Under the pieces are notes generated by a model. The model was not told where the DNA came from and searched no databases. It saw only the letters and a program-made list of their open reading frames with translations. From Octopus sinensis (taxonomy: Eukaryota), in the NCBI RefSeq assembly GCF_006345805.1, contig NC_043000.1, positions 18,042,001-18,106,000 on the forward strand: a stretch of 64,000 bases of DNA, read 5' to 3'. Shown here piece by piece: positions 39,470-52,447 of this stretch (within the stretch, counting starts at the first letter, position 1; each line of letters opens with the position of its first letter). A program made the position numbers and the translations under genes.

Positions 39470-39476
39470 TATGTAT
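38556..39476. repeat. Compound (TA)n/(TATG)n microsatellite, about 0.9 kb
   Basis: Directly visible. Confidence 0.98.
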
Positions 39477-39576
39477 ATTTCTTTACTACCCAAAAGGGGC
39501 TAAACACAGAGGGGACAAACAAGGACAGACAAACGGATTAAGTCGATTACATCGACGCCAGCGCGTAACTGGTACT

Positions 39577-39584
39577 TTGTCTGT

Positions 39585-39621
<37 letters not shown>

Positions 39622-39740
39622 TGTCTGTCCATATATATATATATATACATATATGTCTGTCCATATATATATATATACATATATGTCTGTCCATATATAT
39701 ATATATACATATATGTCTGTCCTTATATATATATATATAC
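39577..39740. repeat. Minisatellite, about 30-bp unit TGTCTGTCC(AT)nAC
   Basis: Four to five tandem units. Confidence 0.9.
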
Positions 39741-41503
39741 GCGTGCATTGCATTTAAGGTTGTCTTTTCACTCGGTGTAGACACTTTTTTCCCCATTTAT
39801 TTTTGCAATCCAATTTGGAATATGGATTGCAGATTGTAATTGCGTTTTGATAAAACTGTGTCAGCTTTTTTCTCTCTTTCTGGATTTTATAAGTCTTAAA
39901 AAGAAGACAGGTGGTAAACGTGTGTGGTGCTTGCTACTGCTTTACGATTTATTGTCTGGCTCTGCTTGAAGTACGTGTTATTGATTTTACAATTTTTTTT
40001 TTCTTTCTACTAATTGAAAACCTCTTGAGATCTGAATGCATTACGTTTGAGATTACAAATGCTTAAAACGGACAAAACAAAAGTATACTTGTAATGACAA
40101 TATAGAAATATCCTTAATTTTGAAAATTAATTTATTTTTTGTCTTCTGTTCTTAATACTCTGGCTTCCTTTTTTAGTTTACTCAAAAAGATGATTGCCCC
40201 AGAAAATCATGCGATTCCATTTTTAAATAGTATTCGAGTTGTTGGTACTTATATCGCCTCACTTCCCGACATACAATTGGGATTCTCTCTTTATTCCGTG
40301 TTATCGTCATTATGGAAAACCCCGGTTTGTATTGCTTTTCAGTAGTTTGAGGTTTCTAATTTCTGATCTCAAATCCTACCGCCGCCAACTTAGCCATTCA
40401 TTTTAGTAAGGCCGTTAAAAAACGAAACAAAACAACAAAAACACTGTGGCAGTTCCTTGTTCCATTCCTCTTTAACGACTAATCTTGCGCCAAATTCTGC
40501 GGGAGACATAGGATATCTTTAAACCTTTCCGGTATTTGTAAAATACTTCGGCCAGTTAAAACTCTCCCACCCCAAGAATATGTGTCTGTCGTCTTTTGTG
40601 CCTTTGTTAAAAATCTATTGGTGAATGGAGGAACGGTCAAAATAATTTTGGTGCATTGTTAAAGAATGATTTCCTTTTTTTTTTTTTTTTATCTCTTTGG
40701 TTCTAAATCCAATGAAGCTGATGTCAAATTTGCCTTTTATTCTACTGGATTCGATGTAATCCACTATATATTCTACCATAATATACTCATGTTAGAATCG
40801 TAATACGATCCAACGAAGGGGCAATCTACGTGGTCGTATGACCGGTCTGCTAGAAATCTTAACCAAATCTCTCCCAAATCACAACTTTCTGTCTTAATTA
40901 AAAAAAAAAAAAAAAAAAAAAGGGGACGTGTTGGATTATGTCCCACATGCCACTAAAAATATGGTGTGGCTGCGGTTGGAGTACTTTTTTGATTAGAACT
41001 GTCCAGTTTAAGGTTAACCTGGGGTTTGAACTATAACTATCGTAACACTACTACTATTGCTACAACTACACTCATTCGCAGAAATTGATACCAGTTATAC
41101 TCCGTGCCCCTCAAATCAACGCCATCTCCCCACCTCTTTACAAATATATGTCAAGTGACATGCTATCGTATTACAATAACAACATTGATAGATTTTAATG
41201 ACGATAATATTAGATGACGTCGCCCTCTCTTCAATTCTTGCCTGATGGAATTATTCCGAAGTCATTATTATATAGTTAGGTGCTCAACTAGTCATGAGCT
41301 TATAACAAGCTGTTCACTATTTTTCACGTGATTCACCGTCTTGGAGAATGGTAGAATATGGATAAAAAGACGCTCATTCTGTTCCAGAATACTGATTGGG
41401 TGATTAGTTTCAAAGAGCCTGATATTGTCTGCTCACTGTTTTAGTCTTGTAATGAAAGGCACGACGTCGTTCTTGGCAGTCATCTCTCATTGCGACTGCA
41501 TGT

Positions 41504-41521
<18 letters not shown>

Positions 41522-41535
<14 letters not shown>

Positions 41536-41915
41536 ATATAAAAGTGAAGTTGTGTGTCTGTCTCCTACGATTTAGATTCCTAACTACTCCCACATTTTGC
41601 GGTGCAGTTTAACCAAAACCGGGTATCTTATAGTCGTGATTCATATCGAACCCTTCTGGGTATTAGCGCGCGCGTCTACGATGAGTCTACGATTTAAAAA
41701 AAATTTACCATCATTTTTTTCCATTTTAATGCATTTTTTCGCTATCATATAAGGGAAGTAACTCTCTAAAAATGTCTACGATGAGTCAACGATTTTAAAA
41801 AAAATTTACCATAATTTGTTTTCCATTTTTTTGCTATTTTTTGGCTATAACTCTCTAAAAATGCTTATATAGTTATTTCCCTTACAAACTCGAGCAATGC
41901 CGGGCAATAGTGCTA

Positions 41916-41916
<1 letters not shown>
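41522..41916 (+). mobile_element. Non-autonomous Helitron, second copy
   Basis: Highly similar to 3693-4079, ends with hairpin + CTAG|T. Confidence 0.85.
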
Positions 41917-41986
<70 letters not shown>

Positions 41987-42040
41987 ATATTATATATATA
42001 TATATTATATATATATATATTATATATATATATATAATAT

Positions 42041-42086
<46 letters not shown>

Positions 42087-42135
42087 ATATATATATAATA
42101 TATATATATATATTATATATATATATATAATATAT

Positions 42136-42177
<42 letters not shown>

Positions 42178-42275
42178 ATATATATATAATATATATATAT
42201 ATATTATATATATATATATAATATATATATATATATACATATATATATACATATAAATATATACATATACATAAT
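41917..42275. repeat. Interrupted (TA)n microsatellite
   Basis: Directly visible. Confidence 0.97.
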
Positions 42276-42629
42276 GTGAATTTGTATAATATACATACAT
42301 ATTTACATGTGTGTACTTATATGTACACATATATGTATACTTATATGTATATGCACACACACAGATACACACCATCATTTTAACATACATTTTTCCATTC
42401 TTGCACGGTTCAGATAGGATTCATTGAGGCAGATTTTCTATGGCTGGATGCCCTTCCTGTTGCCAATCCTCAGCTCTGTTTCCTTGTAAAGTAATATTTT
42501 CCCATGGCTGGACCTGTTTTCCTGGAAGATTATAAATGAAAGGCATTACTCGTATGATGATAGTACTCATAAATACCATACGATGTCAAGACAAGGATGA
42601 ACTAACACCCACACATCCATATACAAACA

Positions 42630-42660
<31 letters not shown>

Positions 42661-43406
42661 CATCATCATCATCATTTAGCGTCTGCTTTCCATGCTAGCA
42701 TGGGTTGGACGGGTCAACTGGGGTCTGTGAAGCTGGAAGACTTCGTCAGGCCCAGTCAGATCTGGCAGTGTTTCTACGGCTGGATACCCTTCCTAACGCC
42801 AACCACTCCGCGAGTGTAGTGGGTGTTTTTTACGTGCCACCTGCACAGGTGCCAGACAGAGCTGGCGAACGGCCACGAATGGATGGTGCTTTTACGTGTC
42901 ACCGGCACGGGGCCAGGCGATGCTGGCAACGGACACGAACGGATGGTGCTTTTACGTGCCACCGATACGGGGCCAGACAGAGCTGGCAAACGGCCACGAA
43001 CGGACGGTGCTTTTACGTGTCACCGGCACGGGGGCCAGCCGTGGCTGGCAACGGACGCGAACGGATGGTGCTTTTACGTGCCACCGACACGGTTGCCAGA
43101 CAGAGCTGGCAAACGGCCACGAACGGACGGTGCTTTTACGTGTCACCGGCACGGGGCCAGGCGAGGCTGACAACGAACACGAACGTGCCACCGACACGGG
43201 GGCCAGGCAGAGCTGGCAAACGGCCACGAGCGAATGGTGCTTTTACGTATCACCGGGACGGGTGCCAGACGAGGCTGACAGCGGACACAAACGGATGGGT
43301 CACTTAACCCCTGCTTTCTGATATATGATTTGATCTTGATTGTTCTCACTGGTCTTGCCGGGTCTTCTCACGCACAGCATACTTCCATAGGTCTCAGTCT
43401 CTGGTC
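42661..43406 (-). mobile_element. 5'-truncated copy of the RTE LINE with expanded 3' UTR minisatellite
   Basis: 43350-43406 is the reverse complement of the LINE ORF2 end (about 9301-9357); (CAT)n tail at 42661. Confidence 0.9.
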
Positions 43407-43662
43407 AAATATATATATATGCATGCACACACATACAAATATATAATGGGGTTTCTTTCAGTTTCCATCTACCAAATCCACTCAGATATGTACATTTATA
43501 TATATATTGTGTTTACACCTTTGTCCCTGTGTCTAACCATCTGTCACTCACCTTTCGTGTGCTTACAAACTTATTCTTCCACCCTTCCCAAACCTCTGCC
43601 CCTATTCTCGTATACTCATCCTCTGGTACCTTGAAAGTAATACCCTTACACCTTGTCACTAT

Positions 43663-44756
43663 TGTTACGAAACGGACGGAATCGCCCGCCGTCGTCGCTC
43701 GCCCCGAACGGCTCACCAGTTCGCCACGGAACCCAAAGAGGAGGAGAGAGGAGAGAGATACAACAACTACCACAACCCCAGCAGCACAGAGATACAGAGG
43801 CACAACCCGAGATACAACCCAAAGAGAGGCAAGGCAACAGAGACACTGGCTTATATATTCAAACAACAGTTTATACGACAATCAATGGTTACAACATCAA
43901 ATACATTTAAGGCAGACATTTAAAGGAAGACATGCACGTGACTACCCAATACATCATGCAACAGATCAACGCATAATACAACAGCATTTCAAGAGTACAC
44001 GTCCGAAGACAACAGTTCTTTAAAGTCTCTTTCTGAACATCACAGATAAAGTCACATCAACAAGTCCTTTACTCAATTCTGAACATAAATACCACAACTC
44101 GATAATCGACATATCGACAGTCCTTGACTGTTCTCTTCACTGTTCAATACACCGTGACACATATCAATGCACAACACATACCTCAATTCCTAATTGAATC
44201 TGCCAGTGTCCCATTCCTCTCAATCCTGCCAATTCCTCTGAATACTGCTAAATCCTTCTGTACATATCCCTTCTGCATATTCCAATCGCCTGCTCCTCAA
44301 ATCCCAAGGTCCCTGCTGATCTGTCCAAGATCCGTCTGTGTTCTTCCACGACTGCTCAACCGACCGCAAGATCCGTCTGTGTTCTTCGACGACCAACTAC
44401 CAACTGCCAGACCTCACTTCGTCTCTGTCCTTCTTCCACTCCCTCATCTCCCTCTGTCTATATCGCTCCTACCCTTTCTAACTGCTCTCTGATTCCTTAC
44501 TCTATCTATATCGCCTCAATCCCTTAGCCTCTCTATCTGTCCCTTACTGCTTATCCTTTCTATTTGCCCTCTGCTCTTACTCTATCCCTTTTCTTTCACT
44601 TCTCACTGACCCTCTTATCAACCACACGAGGTCACAGGTCATTCCAAAACCCATCAGTCCTCCATTAGACAAAGAACCCGTCACATTTTCACCAGACATG
44701 ATGGTGCCATTATTCCTATGTGGGTCAGAAACACTGCACTAATTAAACCCGTAACA
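43663..44756. mobile_element. Solo LTR (Gypsy-like)
   Basis: TGTTACG...CGTAACA inverted termini, 4-bp TSD CTAT on both sides, GC/CpG richer than flanks, no coding domain. Confidence 0.8.
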
Positions 44757-46191
44757 CTATCATCTTTATCTTCCTTTTCCGTTTCTCCCACCTACTCTTA
44801 TTTAACGTACCTCCTTTACTGCAAAGTACCTGCTCCTGTCCCTCTTTCATGCTTTATCCTCTCAACACCTATTATAAAGCCTCCCCCTTTCTACTACATC
44901 CCCACATGGGACCAATTTCTTGCAAGTTACTTGGTGACCTCATTAATGCTAACACCTGGGCGAAGTGCTTAGCGGTATTTCGTCTGCCGTTACGTTGTGA
45001 GTTCAAATTCCGCCGAGGTCAACTTTGCCTTTCATCCTTTCGGAGTCGATAAATTAAGTACCAGTTACGCACTGGGGCCGATGTAATCGACTTAATACCT
45101 ATGTCTGTCCTTGTTTGTCCCCTCTGTGTTTAGCCCCTTGTGGGCAATAAAGAAATAGGTACTACACAATAAGAACCTATTACACTCCATAAAGTGGTTT
45201 GCATTGGGAAAGGCATCTAGCCATAGAAACCATGTCAAGGCAGACACTGTGGAGGGATGTGGTTTAGTGGTTACGGTGCTGGACTCATGATTGTAAGATT
45301 GTGGTTTTGATTCCTGGACCAGGCAACGTGTTGTGTTCTTGAGCAAAACACTTCATTTCATGTTGCTCCGGTCCACTCAGCTGACAAAAATGAGTAATCC
45401 TGTGATGAACTGGCGTCACGTCCAGTTGGGGAATTTATACGCCATGGAAACCGAAAAACCAGCGTTTATGAGTCGGCATGATTCCGAGGAGGTAACTGAA
45501 CCAAAAGCAACCATGTGCTGCCATCTGTTTGTGCACTACAGAATTAGTCTGGGAACTTTTTAATACATCATCATCATCATCATCGTTTAGCGTCCGCTTT
45601 CCATGCTAGCATGGGCTGGACGGTTCGACTGGGGTCTGGGAAGCCAGGAGGCTGCACCAGGCCCAGTCTGATTTGGCAATGTTTCTACGGCTGGATGCCC
45701 TTCCTAACGCCAACCACTCCGTGAGTGTAGTGGGTGCTTTTTACGTGCCAGGCGAGGCTGGCAACGGCCACGATTGGTTGGTGCTTTTTACGTGCCACCT
45801 GCACGGAGGCCAGTCGGGGTTGCGCTGGCAACGGCCATGTTCAGATGGTTCTTCCACGTGCCACCGGCACTGGCATCACAACTACAATTTCCATTTGATT
45901 TTTGAGCGATTTCAATTTCGGTCTGCTTTTCCATGCTTGCATGCATTGGATGAGAGTCATTGAGGTAAATGGCTGTGTAATAAGAAGTTTGATTCCCAGT
46001 CACATGGTTCTGGGTTCAGTCTCACTGCATGGCACCTTGGGCAAGTGTCTTCCACTGTAGCCTCCGGCTAGCATGAAAACACTGATGTATGACAGTCCTC
46101 CAATTCACTAAATCCTGACAAACTGCCTAATGAGGATGATATACACATATATTATATTTCAGGTTCAGTCCCATTACATGACACTCTAGGC

Positions 46192-46392
46192 CAGTGGTTT
46201 TCAACCAGGGTTCCGCCAGTACAGTCCAGGGGTTCTGCAAGAAGTTACAAAACTGCTAAAATTGGCAGTAGTTTTTAATTCTCATGTGCAGATGTGTGTG
46301 CATAAGACTATTAAATTATTGCACAGGGGTTCCTCGAGCCAGTGAAATGTTTCCTTGGGGTTCCGCTCCAGCAAAAAGTTTGAAAAGCACTG
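46192..46392. mobile_element. hAT (Charlie-like) MITE inserted into a SINE
   Basis: TIR CAGTGGTTTTCAA / TTGAAAAGCACTG; 8-bp TSD CTCTAGGC. Confidence 0.88.
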
Positions 46393-47559
46393 CTCTAGGC
46401 AAATGTCTTCTACCATAGCCCTTGGCTGACAAAGCCTTGTAAGTGGATGTGGTAGACAGAAACTGAAAGAAGCCCATCATATGTTTGTTTTTCTATATAT
46501 ACATGTTTAAGTGTTGCTGTTCCCTTGCTTTGATACTTCATGGTATTTGTGTCACTGTCATGTGCCCTACATTTCCAATCTTCCATGGAAGCATGTATAG
46601 TTATGGAGTAAAATTATCCTTTTAGGAAACAGGAGAGGGTTTGCAACACGAAGAGCATCTGGCTGTAGAAAATCCACCATGAACATTAAAATGTGATGAT
46701 TATATTCTCTAAGTAAGATTTTTCACTAAGCTGTTAGAGGCTTAGAAACTCTCTTCTCTATCTTAGAATGGATTAATATTCTTGTAATATGTACATATGT
46801 AAGTGCTGAATCTATTCAAAGTAAAATTTTTCAAGCATCATTTTCAAGTTTTTAAGTAAAATTTTCATTAATCTCTTAAAAAAACTTACAAACTCACTTC
46901 TCTATGGCATGAGTTGGATGGTTCAACACAATCTGATAAGCCACAGAGCTGCTTTGAGCTCCAGTGTTATATATTTTTTTTTTTGGTAAGGTTTCTACAG
47001 CTGGTTGCCCTTTTTGGTGCCAACTACTTTACAGCATGTATTGGCTGTGTTTTTCATTGCACCTGTACTAGTCACTTCACCAGGTAACTCACAAAACCAG
47101 ACCCCTTAATTTAGTGGGAATGTATTGAGAGTGGTTATGCAAGATGTTGAGAGGCAAAAGTATGCTAGAGATTTGGGAATAGGTGTCCTACTGTGGAGGA
47201 GATTCATGACTACTCCAGCTAAAAAGGGGAAAAAGATGGTGGGGATGAAGTGTCAAAGTACAAGGTACAAGAAAGTGAATATAAGAAGGAACAGTGGATT
47301 AAGAAGGGTGAATAGGCAAGTTGACAAGAATTTGATAGGAGAGTAACAGGCAGTGAAAGATAGATACAGAGGTAAATGTTGCGAATGGTAAACACAGGTA
47401 GAGGTGCACTCAATGGTGACTCTCAGTTTGTGGGGAAGGTGAAGGAAAATGGGATTGAAATAAAGAAGAGGTGATAAGTACATAAAAGTAGGGATGTGCA
47501 ACAGTATAAAGCCACAGATAGATGATGTGTGAGGTGGAGTGTTGGGTGAGAGAGGGATG

Positions 47560-47900
47560 TACAGTATCAGAGATAGAGGTCAGAAGTATGTAGGGGTGGA
47601 TATAGTGTATGATGAACAAGGATCATGGTAAAGGGAGGGTAGCAATGGCAGGTATGAGAGGATGTTCTGGGGAAAGGAGCATTCGGCGGAGAATAAAGTT
47701 GTAAGGGATGATATTGAGAATGCAGGATGGGTGGTAGAGCAAGTGGTTTCCAGGGGAGAGATAACTGGTGGCACAAAAGGGAGATAAGACTTGTGCAGTT
47801 CTACTTTCATATAATTACAGAAGCTGAGTAAATACTGTGGTAGTTAGAAGAGTAATGGAAAGACAGGTGTTAGGAGGATGAGATGTAGGGATTGTTTGAC
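47560..47900 (-). mobile_element. Possible decayed Penelope-like ORF fragment
   Basis: LPF...LPPILHSQYHPLQ.....FP..P.....P....ILVH..L resembles the linker before the PLE GIY-YIG domain; frameshifted. Confidence 0.35.
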
Positions 47901-47958
47901 AGGACTAGATTGGGTGCAAAGGTATAGGCATAAGTGATATACTTTTAGGATCTTTTAT

Positions 47959-48190
47959 AAGGCGGCGAGCTGGCAGAAACGTTAGCACGCCGGGCGAAAT
48001 GCTTAGTGGTATTTCGTCTGCGTTACGTTGTGAGTTCAAATTCCGTCAAGGTCGACTTTGCCTTTCATCCTTTCGGGGTCGATAAATTAAGTACCAGTTA
48101 CGCACTGGGGTCGATGTAATTGACTTAGTACCTATGTCTGTCCTTGTTTGTCCCCTCTGTGTTTAGCCCCTTGTGGGTAATAAAGAAATA
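47959..48190 (+). mobile_element. tRNA-derived SINE family B (Meta/Nin-like central domain); copies about 10054-10287(-), 18239-18474(+), 28416-28630(-), 44955-45160(+), 37259-37343(+ partial), 39476-39576(- partial)
   Basis: B-box GAGTTCAAATTCC; central GCCTTTCATCCTTTCGGGGTCGATAAA..GTACCAG; 18-bp TSD GATATACTTTTAGGATCT; copy at 10054 has TSD TAATCCAGTACAACCT. Confidence 0.88.
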
Positions 48191-48888
48191 GATATACTTT
48201 TAGGATCTCATTTTTGCTGAGTCTTTTTGAGCATGGCAAATCAGCAATCATGTCAGGCTTCTATAAAGCTCAGCTTCCTGAGACTGGTCTTCACTACTCC
48301 CCCACCACCATCTTCCTGGGCTTCTCTTTCCTTCAGGTTCCATCCACATTTAGCAATCAGCATTTCTTCATATAGCAGTCCTCATCTATACGCAACACAT
48401 GATCATACCAGCTCAGTGTTCTCTCTTGTTCATTACATCCAATTCTTTTATGCCCCATCTGTTCGTGGCCGTTGCCAGCCTCGCCTGGCCCCCGTGCCAG
48501 TTGTACATAAAAAGCACCATCCGATCGTGGCCGTTGCCAGCCTCGCCTGGCCCCCATGCCGGTGGCACGTAAAAAGCACCATCCGTCCGTGGCCATTTGC
48601 CAGCTCCGTCTGGCACCTGTGCGGGTGGCACGTAAAAAGCACCCACTACACTCACGGAGTGGTTGGCGTTAGGAAGGGCATCCAGCCTTAGAAACACTAC
48701 CAGATCAGGCTGGGCCTGATGCAGCCTTCTGGCTTCACAGACCCCAGTTGAACCGTCCAACCCATGCTAGCATGGAAAATGGACGCTAAATGATGACTAG
48801 GATGATGATGATGATTTCTCTCAACATATTTGCACTTTGTCATACACACATTTACATTGCACATCCAACAGATTATGTTATCTTAATT

Positions 48889-50883
48889 TATGAGGTAGTA
48901 TCAAAATGTTCCTTTGTTATTTCTGTAGCATGACAGCACGTGGTTGTGTGCACAGTGAGAGCTAGTAGTGACTTTCATGAAGCAGTGAGCTGAGTGACAT
49001 CACAGTGTTACGAAAGCGACCAGATCTGTGGAGCGTGAAGAATTGGATTCTTCACTGAGCTCTCCTTACTTGTGAGTTTCTCACCTAACACAGCATGGTA
49101 TTGCTTCTGCATCTGCCCTGTTAGCTAGATTTAGCACCTGCCAACTGAAAATGCAGTTCAAAGGTTGCCGTTTTAACACTGTTGTTGAGATTAAGAGCAA
49201 ATTGCAGAGGCTCCTCAACTTGCTTATGGAAAATGACTTTCAGACCAGATTCCAAAAGTGGCAGGAACACTGGGACTGGTGTATTGCTGCACAAGGTGAC
49301 TATTTTGAAGGAGATTATGTTAAATCTAGGGAAATAAGTTGGTTTTTATTACATGGAAAAATGTGAGCAAGAGAAATAATATTCTTAAGATTATAAACCG
49401 GGAAAAGTACACCACAAGTCATTAAACTTGGAAAAGTTCAAGATATGTTTTTACATCTGGTAAAGTACAGAACAAAAATTTTTACTTAAAATATTGCAGC
49501 TAAGGATAAAATATTTAGATTTAGAAAATATTAGCTTTTATTAAAGCTAATTATTATTTGTTATCTGTTACTTCTATTAATAATAAAAAATAACTCAAAA
49601 TATTTTTTGCACTTCAAAAAAAAAATTCATCTTTTTAATTTATTAATTAATAATTAGAAATTTGAAAATAAGTTATAAAACATAATAGTAGTACATAATT
49701 AGTACAATAAGTAGAATAATACAAAAATTAGTTATATATTACAGTAAAATCTACCTATAACAAGAAATTCACAGTAAAATTTGCTTGAGTTATTGCCAAG
49801 TCTTCACATTTTTAGTCTTGACCCAATGCTTATTTTTTACATAATGAATTTGCTTACCATATATACTATTCTACTTTGCATAAAACTTTAGCTATATTGG
49901 TACTTCTGGCTCTCATTTTTTAAGTATTCTAGTATGTCAATATTTTAACAAAATGATGGTACCTTTTTTAATTATAATGTTACTTTGTAAATTAAAATCA
50001 AACTATTTTTAATATTCAAATTTTATCCTTATCTATAATATTTTAAGTAAAAATTTTCTTGTTCTGTGCCTTACCAGATCTAATAAGTTGTCCTGGACTT
50101 TTCCAAGTTTATAATCTTAAGAATATTATTTCTCTTGCTTGTATTTTTCTATGTAATCCCATGCTTTTTCCAGGCTGTGCTATTATTCTAATTGATAATG
50201 TGTCAATTAATAATTTAAGATTTTACCTTGTTGAAAATTGTTTATTAAAAACAAAAGTGAAATAAAAATATTAATGGGATTTGAGACACCCTCAAATTTG
50301 AAAAACAAACACTCATAACTTTTTTCTTTTAAAACTTCATTGCATGTGATTGATACCATGAAATTCCTAGAATTGAGATCTATCCCTTAAGCTTAATTGA
50401 AATATAGTTTGTTTTTAGAATAAGAAAAAAATTCAATTTTTTGCCTTACTTATATTTTTTTCCATGATATTTTACTTCAACTTTTTTGATACAAATTTTA
50501 GTTGCATGGGACCAAAACTATGAAATTCCTCATGCTTTCTTCTATTGTTGAAGCTAAGATAAATATATTTTGCTTTTAAAATAAAAAAGTTATTTAGATC
50601 TAAACTTGATTGGAGGTGTTACTCTCCTATAATGTTGCTACAAATTTTGATGTAAACTTTTTTCTACTGGACCAAATCTCAACTTTTTTATGCCCAAATG
50701 TAATTAGGGACTAGTCCTCTTCATAAATGTTAAGTTTTCAATTTGGTTAAGAACTGTATTAGCGACAAAGCTCTGAAGATGCTGTGTGTGAGTAAACTGC
50801 AGCCTTAAGAATATTATTCAACTATTACCGTAGTTGAATGATTAAACATAACTAGTCTGGGAACCTTTTGATAGCACCTTGTA
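48889..50883 (+). mobile_element. Internally deleted mariner element with nested AT-rich insertion
   Basis: Degenerate TIRs (TATGAGGTAGTATCAAAATGTTCC / GGAACCTTTTGATAGCACCTTGTA); transposase C-terminus DLAP...KGCRFNTVVEIK...WDWCIAAQGDYFEGD at about 49110-49320. Confidence 0.7.
49351..50155. mobile_element. AT-rich fold-back element nested in the mariner remnant
   Basis: AGCAAGAGAAATAATATTCTTAAGATTATAAAC near 49370 is inverted near 50110-50140; arms continue imperfectly inward. Confidence 0.6.
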
Positions 50884-52447
50884 TGTATGTATACACACAC
50901 ACATATATTTATATACATATTTACACACTCACACACATATGTACATATACATCATGCATACATATACTCACTTCAACACACTCATACATCATTAATAAGT
51001 AAACTGGAACAACAAACAGCATTTTGAACTTGCAGAAAGTGAAACTACAATATTCATACTCATTATTAGGAAGGGCATCCAGCTGTAGAAACTGCCTAAT
51101 CAAGATTGGAGCCTGGTGCAACCATCTGGTTCACCAGCCCTCAGTCAAAATCGTCCAACCCATGCTAGCATGGAAGGCAGACGTTAAACGATGATGATGA
51201 TGATTATTATTAATTGCACAATATTTCTCTTATTTTGAAAACTTATTCAGCTGCCATATGGTGTATGTAGATTCCTTTCTGGGTTTTATTTTTTAAAAAC
51301 TTTTTTAATGAAAAGAATTTTTAAAATTTCAAATTCCTATTTGTGATGTTGAAAAAACATTGAAGGCCTTTTTTGTATTTTTAATTGTTAAGGCATGATA
51401 AAAATGCTTGAGGTGGAATTAAGAATCAACACTTAAATGAGTAATATGCCAAGAGTTGTATTCAGATTAAAATTTTGGAGGTGAATAAATTATGTAAAGA
51501 AATAAAGAAATTTACTCAGTGGTTTGAATTTATATTGAGTAGACAGGTGTGTGTGTACTCGCATACAAGGTGGACCAAAAGTCATAGTACAAAATAAGTC
51601 CAATATGCTCTGGGATTGTCAAAGACATGCTTCATATTTTCTAAAATTGAATAAAATAAGGATGAATACACACGTACATGTACATGGATAATAATAGCAA
51701 TAATAATGATTTCAAATTGTGGCACAAGGCCAACAAGATTAGAGGAGGGGCTGAATTGATTACTTAGACCCCAGTGCTCAGCTGGTACTTATTTTCTCAA
51801 CCCTGAAAGATGAAAGGCAATGCCAACCTTGGCGAAATTTGAACTCAGAATGTAAAGATGGGTGAAATGCCCTAAGCATATTTCCTAGCATGCAAATGAT
51901 TCTGCCAGCTCACCACCTTAACAAATATAAATGAAATGTCAAATTTCCGCCTTATATATATATATATATATGTTCTGAGACCCCCTTCGGTCATGACACA
52001 GACCATGGGATTGCACCTTGAAAGTTGCCCTCCCAGGCATAAGTCCAGGCAAGGTTGTTTATGGAAGACCAGCAGTCACTCATGCATACCAGCCTCCCCT
52101 CTCCACACCACCAATGTTATCCAAAGGAAAGGCAACGGCCGATACAGCTTGGCACCTGTGACATCACAACTCATTTCTACAGCTGAGTGAACTGGAGCAA
52201 TGTGAAATAAAGTGTCTTGCTCAAGAACACAACACGCAGCCTGGTCCGGGATTCAAGCTCACAACCTCATGATCGTAAGCTCGACGCTCTAACCACTGAG
52301 CCATGCACCTTCAATATATATATATATATATATATATTCTGCAGTATTTGGTATTCTAACAAAACATCTATATTAAATTGGATATAAAAATTGCCTTTTG
52401 ATATTAATACTGCTTCTGTTGCTAATGATGATACACACATACACATA

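Noticed and set aside
38530-39839. Long Y/I/M/C/V-rich ORFs (up to 284 aa)
   Set aside because: Translations of (TA)/(TATG) microsatellite
42820-43300. CRISPR-like regular repeat array
   Set aside because: The intervening sequences are themselves repeated, there are no cas genes, the context is eukaryotic, and it is the LINE 3' UTR minisatellite
43513-44492. ORFs of 85-164 aa as a gene
   Set aside because: Low-complexity, no recognisable domain, and they overlap the solo LTR
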